From Bacteroidota bacterium (GTDB taxonomy: Bacteria > Bacteroidota > Bacteroidia > B-17B0 > Aurantibacillaceae): a DNA stretch of 64,000 bases. How positions within the stretch are numbered: position 1 is the stretch's first letter; each line of letters starts with the position of its first letter. Positions 29,672 to 36,915 of the stretch are shown piece by piece. Where the stretch lies: assembly GCA_032229505.1 (NCBI GenBank), contig JAVTWD010000030.1, positions 12,323 to 76,322 on the forward strand, given 5' to 3'. The notes under the pieces were generated by a model. It was not told the DNA's origin. It saw only the letters and a list, made by a program, of their open reading frames with translations, and made no database searches. Position numbers and translations under genes: made by a program.

Positions 29672-31956
29672 TTTTTAAACTTGATAATAAATTCTACTCC
29701 TTTAGGCAATTTGTTGTTTATTGAAACTTCACCTTTCATGTTTTCTACTACTATTTGTTGAATATGAGCAAGACCCATACCAGACCCGTCTGTAGTAGAA
29801 TAGCCGAAATCAAACACTCGATCAACTATTTTGTCCGCAATACCTTTTCCATCATCTTTAAAATGAAGAACAGTATAACTGGGGCCTTTTTTCCAGCTTA
29901 ATGAAACATTTCGGGCGCCAGCTGTTTTTGAATTTGTAAACAGATTATCAATAATTACTGTCAACTCTAGCGGCCTAAATTTTGTGTCTAGTTTAGCGTT
30001 CGATTTATTTTCTATTACGATATTAATTGGTCTCTTTTCATGAATAAAATGATCAGCAGTTTTATATACATTTTCGGCATAATCATTTATGAATTCTACT
30101 ATATCGCCGTTAATTTTCGTAGCATCAGTATTAAAGTTTGCTTTTGTGACAAATTGAGATGCGCTTGATATTTTTTGAACTTCAAGGCTGATACTCTGAA
30201 TATGTTCAACAAGTTTTTCTTTTGACATGCCTTTATTAACCGCTTCAACGAGTTTGTCCAAGCTCCATGAAATACTACTCGCTGTATGCCTAATTTGATG
30301 TTGTAGACTTAATAGATCCTTTTTTTCTCTGCCAATAATTGATTTTTGGAAAAGCCCTAGCCGTATTTCTTTCTCTAACTCCTTCTCAACTTTTGTAGCT
30401 TTTGACTCTGCTTTTCTAGTATCTTCTGTAATTTTTTTAAATTCCTGTTTAAGCTTTACAGCCTCTTTAAAGGCTGTAGGATCTTTAGAGTTTTTGGCCC
30501 TCTTTGCTAATTCTCTTAGAGATTTGTTTATGCTCTGCCCAGCTTTTTCTTCTAAAATTGAAATAAATTTTTTGTCATATTCTACACTAATAACATTTTT
30601 GGCCTTGGATATTTTCTTAATGTATTCAATAATTTCTTTCTTTACGTCTTTAGGGGTTAGTCCTGGTAAATTTACTTTTTCTTCTAACTCAAATATTCTG
30701 TCATCTCCCCATTCAATAATATCTACAACATAGTTTTCAAGTCTATGGAAAGCTTTATCGTAGAAATATTCTAGTAAAGAATCGTAATGATCGTTTTTTA
30801 TTAGACCGCCATCTCGACTTGTGCTTTCAACCAACTCTTTATTGATGCCTGTTATTTCTATTCTACCTAAAAGATCACGAGTTCCTAAAAAACGACTGAA
30901 CCCTTGTTGCTTTCTTCTATCTATTCTTAGCGTATCATCACCTTCTTCGCCAAAAGGATAAATTCTAAAGTTATTTTTATACATAAATACGGATCCGTAT
31001 TTAACGGGTTCCATACCCATGTCAATTGTAAAGTTTCTTTTTGCCGCGCGATTAAGTTGAAACAATTTTACAAATATACTTTTAAGAGGAATGTTTTCAG
31101 TTATATATTCGTTATGCTCTTTTATGGTGTATATCCAACTACCCCTGTCAGTTAGTTTTGTGGTAATAATTTTTCCGTCATCTGATATTTGACTTTCAAT
31201 TTTTGTAGTTTTGTTTTCAATTTTATCAAAAACTACATTCTCAATAAGTCCATTAACCCTATCTCTTGCTTCTTTTTTAGTTTTATCTTGAGACTTTTCT
31301 TCCTCACAAATAACTTCGATTTCAAAATCCTTCGTTTGATTTTCTTTATTTGGATTTACAAGTTTTTCTAACGAGTGTTTTAATTTTAAAATCCTATCTC
31401 TGCTCCAAGTGTCCCTTAAACCTGAAATTTCCAGTATAGTTCCGTGCTTAATTTTATAAGAAATACTTTTAAGACGCTGAAAACTGGTTTCAATATTAAT
31501 GAACTCTGTATTCGCATCTTTTTCGAATTTTTCCCAATCAACCTCTAAGTTTTCAATATGCGCTCCTGTTGTATTTTTGATTGAAATTAGATTTAATTTT
31601 TTGCCTAATCTATCACATGAAAATCTTCCTACACCTTTTGCGCCAGCAAAAACTCTTTTACTTTTGATCTTGTCTCTATAATCTTCTAAACCTTCACGTT
31701 TCGCAGAATAGGCAACGAAAAGCCATTTATTTGTAAGATCGTCATAATTCATCCCTTTTCCATCATCCACAATAATTATCCTTGCATCTTTCTTAGAAGT
31801 GTTTTCAAAAATGATGGTTGCTTTTTTTGCTTGAGCATCAAATGAATTCTTAACCAACTCAAAAATTGCAATAAACTCATCAGTGATTAATTCTTTACCG
31901 ATAAGATTTTTTAAAGCAGAGCTTATTCGAAAAGTAGGGTTATTATTTAATGCCAT
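29668..31956 (-). CDS. MORC/HATPase_c_3-type GHKL ATPase fused to a histidine kinase
   Basis: N-terminal GHKL motifs ELVKNSFDA, DDGKGM, GAKGVGRFS and GTILEI. A coiled coil follows, then H-box LQHQIRH, N-box IIDNLFTNS, G1 DDGKGI, F-box VFDFGYST and G2 GSGMGL. Confidence 0.88.
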   Translation of the reverse strand: MALNNNPTFRISSALKNLIGKELITDEFIAIFELVKNSFDAQAKKATIIFENTSKKDARIIIVDDGKGMNYDDLTNKWLFVAYSAKREGLEDYRDKIKSKRVFAGAKGVGRFSCDRLGKKLNLISIKNTTGAHIENLEVDWEKFEKDANTEFINIETSFQRLKSISYKIKHGTILEISGLRDTWSRDRILKLKHSLEKLVNPNKENQTKDFEIEVICEEEKSQDKTKKEARDRVNGLIENVVFDKIENKTTKIESQISDDGKIITTKLTDRGSWIYTIKEHNEYITENIPLKSIFVKLFQLNRAAKRNFTIDMGMEPVKYGSVFMYKNNFRIYPFGEEGDDTLRIDRRKQQGFSRFLGTRDLLGRIEITGINKELVESTSRDGGLIKNDHYDSLLEYFYDKAFHRLENYVVDIIEWGDDRIFELEEKVNLPGLTPKDVKKEIIEYIKKISKAKNVISVEYDKKFISILEEKAGQSINKSLRELAKRAKNSKDPTAFKEAVKLKQEFKKITEDTRKAESKATKVEKELEKEIRLGLFQKSIIGREKKDLLSLQHQIRHTASSISWSLDKLVEAVNKGMSKEKLVEHIQSISLEVQKISSASQFVTKANFNTDATKINGDIVEFINDYAENVYKTADHFIHEKRPINIVIENKSNAKLDTKFRPLELTVIIDNLFTNSKTAGARNVSLSWKKGPSYTVLHFKDDGKGIADKIVDRVFDFGYSTTDGSGMGLAHIQQIVVENMKGEVSINNKLPKGVEFIIKFKK

Positions 31957-33193
31957 AATTAAGGATTGTTTTTAAGGCTCCTCCTGAAAGTTCGCCAAAT
32001 AAGGGTGGAATGGCATTACCGATTTGCGTATAGCGAGGAACTTCAGTTTTTCTTAACTTACCCCCTGTTGTATATTTTTCTTTAAATTGAAACCAATCAG
32101 GAAAGGTTTGTATTCTAGCGTATTCTCTTACTGTGAGAATTCTTGGTTCGCAATAATGAATGTAATCATCAGGATGAGAAGTAAGAGTTGGGGCTTGCTG
32201 TTTTTTATCTAAAACGGTTATACCTCTTTTTTTAATTTTAAATTTTTCTTTTATTGCCCCATCTAGTTTTTTTCCTTTCGGTGCTTTTTCAATAAGTGTT
32301 TTAAATAATGTAATGGTTTCTTTGCCATGATATGCGAGCCGATGACTATCAGGAATATTTGATTTATTATTTAAGGCCAATCGTAAATATTCTTGATATG
32401 GAGTTTTTGCTTCAGTATAGACACCAGCTAAAAACCCTTTTGAATCTGGACAAATTGTTGTGCCATTTCTTACTAATAGATCAGAGATGGCATCTTCAAT
32501 ATTTTGATTTAAAGCCAATCCTTTGTTGATTAGGAAAAGTTCCCTGTTCGATTTTATTAATTCAAAAAATTCATTTGGATTAAGATTGTTTTTCAGAGAA
32601 ATGTCTTTTCGAATTCCTACTAAAATAAACCTTGTTCTTTTTTGTGGAATTCCAAATTCTGAAAAATCAATTAATTGTCCAAATACGTCATACCCTAAAT
32701 AATCTTTTCCATTTCGTTTTAAACAATTCTGCACATACTCAGAATATTTTTTCCCTTTACTTTTATTTTTTTCGAAACGCTGAGTAAAACCTTTTACATT
32801 CTCAAAAAAAATTATTTTGGGTTGAACTAATCTAATAAAATCAATATATGATTTTATGAGTGTGTTCCTATTATCGCTTTCAACTCGTTTACCCGCTGTG
32901 GAAAAGCCTTGACATGGTGGACCGCCTACAACTAAATCAACAGAATTACGAAGACTCTTAAGGTTTCTCTTTTTTTCTTTTAGAAGTTGCTTTATATCAT
33001 AATTCTTTTTTTCAAGCCAATTTGGCCATTCAAAATGATTTAATTTATCAATCAGATTATATTTTAATGTAGAAAATGCAAAAGGACTTTTTTCAATAGC
33101 GAATAAACCTTTCCATCCAGCTTGATTTAAACCAAGTGATAAACCTCCACATCCAGCGAAAAGATCAATATAAGTTAGTTTTTTTTTTTGCAT
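31943..33193 (-). CDS. dcm: DNA (cytosine-5)-methyltransferase
   Basis: Motif I DLFAGCGG, IV GGPPCQGFS, VI ENVKG, VIII PQKRTR, IX TVREYARIQTFPD and X QIGNAIPP. Confidence 0.95.
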   Translation of the reverse strand: MQKKKLTYIDLFAGCGGLSLGLNQAGWKGLFAIEKSPFAFSTLKYNLIDKLNHFEWPNWLEKKNYDIKQLLKEKKRNLKSLRNSVDLVVGGPPCQGFSTAGKRVESDNRNTLIKSYIDFIRLVQPKIIFFENVKGFTQRFEKNKSKGKKYSEYVQNCLKRNGKDYLGYDVFGQLIDFSEFGIPQKRTRFILVGIRKDISLKNNLNPNEFFELIKSNRELFLINKGLALNQNIEDAISDLLVRNGTTICPDSKGFLAGVYTEAKTPYQEYLRLALNNKSNIPDSHRLAYHGKETITLFKTLIEKAPKGKKLDGAIKEKFKIKKRGITVLDKKQQAPTLTSHPDDYIHYCEPRILTVREYARIQTFPDWFQFKEKYTTGGKLRKTEVPRYTQIGNAIPPLFGELSGGALKTILNYGIK

Positions 33194-33522
33194 ATATACC
33201 TGTAAAGATAATAAATTATACTACTTATAAATTAAGTAGTTAATAGATTAATTAACAGGTGATTACGTATTGTTTTTAATCAAGTTTGACACAAAACTAA
33301 ATATGAAAAACAGATAATTTAAATCGTTTTTCTGATATTTTCAAAAATTTGCATTTTATTGAAATTAAGGTGGAATTGCATGATTTTTTTTGAAATTCGT
33401 AAATAAACAAAATAAAATCAAAAATTGTATAATTTATTTCTATTGAATTTTGTGGATTTACTATCTTAAATGATAGTTATTTTCATTAACAGCATTTTAG
33501 AAGTTCCTTACTTCGCTGTTAC

Positions 33523-33700
33523 TTTATGTTACGGTTATGTTGAAGTTATGTTAGTGTTATATAGGCGTTATAAAGCGGTTTTTGGTTCCATAGCCTAATT
33601 GTTAAAAACATCCCTTTTAACAAAAAAACTGCCAGGCAAATGCATGGGTACTACCTATCTTAGGCCTATCTAAAGCCTATCAGAGGCCACAAAAGGCCTG
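33523..33700. repeat. Two 11-bp-phased short repeat arrays
   Basis: GTTAT at 33534/45/56/67 with degenerate units at 33523 and 33578. CCTATC at 33654/65/76, decaying to GCC at 33686 and 33696. Confidence 0.7.
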
Positions 33701-33802
33701 TTAATGCTTTCCTGTCATTTTGGCCCTCCATTTTTTTTAATTATCTTAAATTAGTTTTATGGAATCTTAAAAAGATCTGCATCTAAATATAAAACAAACG
33801 CT

Positions 33803-34336
33803 ATGAAGATCTCAATAAACGAACCCTGCCACGAAAACTGGGATAATATGACGCCCAACGATAAAGGTGCTTTTTGCTTAAGCTGCCAAAAAAATGTGGT
33901 GGACTTTAGCAATAAAACCCTTACGCAAATAAAAGATTTCTTTCGCAAAAAAGCCGGTAACGAGTCGGTTTGCGGCCGTTTTGATGAAAGCCAATTAGAC
34001 GCCTTGACCTTTGACGATTTTTTTGAGCAGTTCCTTAAAATGAAATTCGTGAGAAAAGTGGCCCTGATCGTTTTCTTTGTGTTTGGCTTAAGTTTATTTT
34101 CAGGCGCGCAAACAGGTACAAAAAATCCGCCCATGCGCCCTAAAATGGGAGCGGTAGCATACATTCCGCAAGACACAACCAAAAAAGTGTGCAAAAAAGA
34201 TACCCTGGAAGAAATTCACATGATAAAAGGTAAGGTAAAATACGATCCTGATCGTAACAAACAACCAAAGCCTAAGAAGAAAAAAATGCCGGACGAGCCA
34301 TTAATCGAAGATAAGAACGCTAAACCTGCAAAATAA
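33803..34336 (+). CDS. Cys-rich N-terminal domain protein, paralog 1 (internal SPI-like signal)
   Basis: INEPCHENW..M...GAFCLSCQKNVVDFS...VCGRF, then a hydrophobic segment ending SGA-Q. Confidence 0.85.
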   Translation: MKISINEPCHENWDNMTPNDKGAFCLSCQKNVVDFSNKTLTQIKDFFRKKAGNESVCGRFDESQLDALTFDDFFEQFLKMKFVRKVALIVFFVFGLSLFSGAQTGTKNPPMRPKMGAVAYIPQDTTKKVCKKDTLEEIHMIKGKVKYDPDRNKQPKPKKKKMPDEPLIEDKNAKPAK

Positions 34337-34342
34337 GCTATT

Positions 34343-34906
34343 ATGAAAATTGCCATTAACGAACCCTGCCACGAAGACTGGGATAAAATGACACCCAACG
34401 AGCAAGGCGCTTTTTGCCTGGCCTGCCAAAAAACAGTGGTAGACTTTAGCAGCAAGACCATTGCCGAGATAAAAAGCTTTTTTACGTTAAAACCAAAGGA
34501 AGAAAGCGTGTGTGGTCGTTTTAGAGATAAACAATTGCACGAGCTGAGCTTTGATGATTTTATGACGGAGTTTATGAGCTGGAAATTTTTAAAACGTGCA
34601 GCGGTAATTTGTTTTTTGGTGTTAGGCACTACGTTTTTTAGCAGCTGCTCTGCCGGTGAAACCAAGTGTGATGCTGATGGAACCAACATTCAAAATAATA
34701 ACAATAACAATTATGAGCACACTGCCGGTGTGGTAGCTATTGATACCAATTATAATAAAGTTATTAATGAAGTAACAGACAGCTTACCAAAAAGCACTTC
34801 CATGTTATTGAATGATACTACCAAAACAAAAAAGCCGAAGAAGAAAAAAGCAAAAGAAACGGTGCAGCCAATTATTCATATGAAAGGCGATGTAGCAGTA
34901 AATTAA
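34343..34906 (+). CDS. Cys-rich N-terminal domain protein, paralog 2 (internal lipobox)
   Basis: Same N-terminal domain. The hydrophobic segment ends FSS-C. Confidence 0.85.
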   Translation: MKIAINEPCHEDWDKMTPNEQGAFCLACQKTVVDFSSKTIAEIKSFFTLKPKEESVCGRFRDKQLHELSFDDFMTEFMSWKFLKRAAVICFLVLGTTFFSSCSAGETKCDADGTNIQNNNNNNYEHTAGVVAIDTNYNKVINEVTDSLPKSTSMLLNDTTKTKKPKKKKAKETVQPIIHMKGDVAVN

Positions 34907-34916
34907 AATTAAGCTT

Positions 34917-35426
34917 ATGAAAATTTCAATTAACGAACCCTGTCACGAGAACTGGGATAAAATGACTGCCAACGAGCAGGGCGCTTTTTGTTTAAGCTGC
35001 CAAAAAAATGTGGTGGATTTTAGCAAAAAGACACTCACACAGATAAAAGAATTTTTTCAGAACAAAAAAGACAGTGCTTCTGCCTGCGGCCGCTTTCAGG
35101 AAGATCAGTTAACGCAAATGAGTTTTGATGATTTTTTTGAGCAGTTCCGCACCTGGAAATTTTTTCAAAAACTGGCGCTGGTTACTTTTTTTGTATTTGG
35201 TTTAAGTTTGTTTAGCCAGGGCCAGTCTACCGGTCCAAAAACAGTAAAAATGGGTAAAGTGGCCTACACGCCAACCGATACCATTAAAACATGTGAGGCC
35301 GATACTACGCATAAACCTAAAAAACAAAAAACCTCAGGTACTAAAGGTTCTAACAAAAAGCAACCCAAAAAAGATCAGCCCCCACACATCGTAGGCGAAA
35401 TAATGATAGAGGATAAGAACCAATAA
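34917..35426 (+). CDS. Cys-rich N-terminal domain protein, paralog 3 (internal SPI-like signal)
   Basis: Same N-terminal domain. FFVFGLSLFS is shared with paralog 1 and followed by QGQ. Confidence 0.85.
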   Translation: MKISINEPCHENWDKMTANEQGAFCLSCQKNVVDFSKKTLTQIKEFFQNKKDSASACGRFQEDQLTQMSFDDFFEQFRTWKFFQKLALVTFFVFGLSLFSQGQSTGPKTVKMGKVAYTPTDTIKTCEADTTHKPKKQKTSGTKGSNKKQPKKDQPPHIVGEIMIEDKNQ

Positions 35427-35443
35427 TTTTTAATTTTACTGAA

Positions 35444-36004
35444 ATGAAAATTACGATCAACGAACCCTGCCACGAGAACTGGGAGAAGATGACGCCAAAC
35501 GATAAAGGTGCTTTCTGCTTATCCTGTCAAAAAAACGTAATTGATTTTACCACCAAAAGCGTGGCGCAGATAAAAGATTTTTTTAATGATCTGCCACAGT
35601 CCAATAATGTATGCGGACGCTTTAAAGAAAAACAGTTAAACGAAATAAGCTTCGAACATTTTATAAATGAGTTCATGAACTGGAAATTCGTAAAAAAGAT
35701 GGCCGTTATTTTTTTTCTTTCATTGGGCGGTGCTTTATTTTCCGGTTGTTCGTTAGTTGAAGATAAACATGTAGTGGGGGAGCTCGAAATGATACCCGAT
35801 ACGATGACGGTTTCCAAACAAGTAAACGACACTATTGAAAAGAATGTAATGATGCTGGGCGAACCCGCTATTGTACAACACGAAACAAAAGATAAAACCA
35901 AATGTGACGTTGATTCTTCTAAGAATAAAATAGGCAAGCCCAAGAATTTTCATATGATGGGAGGACCGATGATAACACGGGATACTGTTAATCATTCGAA
36001 ATAA
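35444..36004 (+). CDS. Cys-rich N-terminal domain protein, paralog 4 (internal lipobox)
   Basis: Same N-terminal domain. EFMNWKF resembles paralog 2, and the hydrophobic segment ends FSG-C. Confidence 0.85.
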   Translation: MKITINEPCHENWEKMTPNDKGAFCLSCQKNVIDFTTKSVAQIKDFFNDLPQSNNVCGRFKEKQLNEISFEHFINEFMNWKFVKKMAVIFFLSLGGALFSGCSLVEDKHVVGELEMIPDTMTVSKQVNDTIEKNVMMLGEPAIVQHETKDKTKCDVDSSKNKIGKPKNFHMMGGPMITRDTVNHSK

Positions 36005-36027
36005 TTTTTTCTAATGAATTCTCTTCC

Positions 36028-36225
36028 GCGTAAGCACACTTAGTGAGCCGGCCTTTTAAAATTTTGCGTTAAAAAAATCTTTCTTTTCAAAGGCGTTGGC
36101 AATGAGCGAAGATGATTTTGGCTGTTCGCGAAGCGCTTAAATCATCAGCTTGAGAAAGAAATATTTTTAGCAAAATTTTAAGAAGCCTTGACTTTTGCTC
36201 AACTTTTTGTCAAGAAAAAGTTGAG
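36028..36225. repeat. Modular structured element, copy 4 (partial: A-B1-start of C, reverse orientation)
   Basis: 36110-36154 is the exact reverse complement of 13660-13704 (45 nt). The flanking stems are homologous with compensatory changes. Confidence 0.88.
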
Positions 36226-36242
36226 GTAAATATTTTTTTTGG

Positions 36243-36720
36243 TGTCACTTTTGGCGCAGGATAAATATGCAGTGCATATTTAGGCCAGCATGTGCGATAG
36301 AATAGCCAAAACGATCAAGCCTCATCCCCCGCCTTCTCCAAAGGAGAAGGGGCTGGCTCGTTTCTATCTCTGCAAAAGATCAAAATTGCATAACCCGTTC
36401 AACTAACCGCATAATCCAAATACGTAAACTAATCCGTGTAAGCACACACAGCATAACGGCCTCAAAGAAATTCTGTAAGATTTGCGTTTTAATTTTTTAA
36501 ACCTGGCAAATTTTATGAGCATATCAACATAATGGTATTTGAGCGTTTTGCTGCGAATAAAATTATTCGAGCCCGCGCTGTTTGAGCCACCAGCAAGGTA
36601 TTTTCCTGAAGTGGCGAGTTTGCGGGCGACACAAAAAAAATTAGAAACTGCAAATCAAAGAATTTATTTGAAGCCTTGACTTTTTTGGTTACTTTTTGTG
36701 TTAAGACAAAAAGTGACGCC
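36243..36720. repeat. Modular structured element, copy 3 (A-B2-C-D1-E, reverse orientation)
   Basis: 36243-36289 is the exact reverse complement of 13932-13978 and 18654-18700. D1 matches copy 1 and B2 matches copy 2. Confidence 0.9.
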
Positions 36721-36915
36721 AAAAATTATTTAATTAAATTTTTCCTTTACATTTCGGCTAAAAAAAATAAAAGAAAAAAATAATTTCAGGTGTCAATTTT
36801 TGATAAAGTAATAAAAGAAAAATCAGTTTTTATTTAAATTCCTATCGATATATTTCTCGGTAGGAAGCAAACTATTTTGAATCCGTTTTGCCTAACGAAT
36901 ACTTTCCGGAATTCT

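Noticed and set aside
31943-33193. Predicting the methyltransferase target sequence
   Set aside because: The target-recognition region cannot be assigned reliably by eye. It needs REBASE comparison or methylome data.
27300-33500. Prophage or integrative element call for the island
   Set aside because: No integrase, phage structural gene, tRNA target or att-like direct repeat was found.
33523-33700. Possible CRISPR array or iterons
   Set aside because: Units are only 11 nt with 5-6 nt cores. There are no 25-40 nt repeats with unique spacers, and no cas or rep gene.
33757-35995. Antisense ORFs over the four paralogs (33757-34194, 34216-34689, 35527-35943, 35753-35995)
   Set aside because: Shadow frames. 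Their mutual similarity simply mirrors the sense-strand paralogy.
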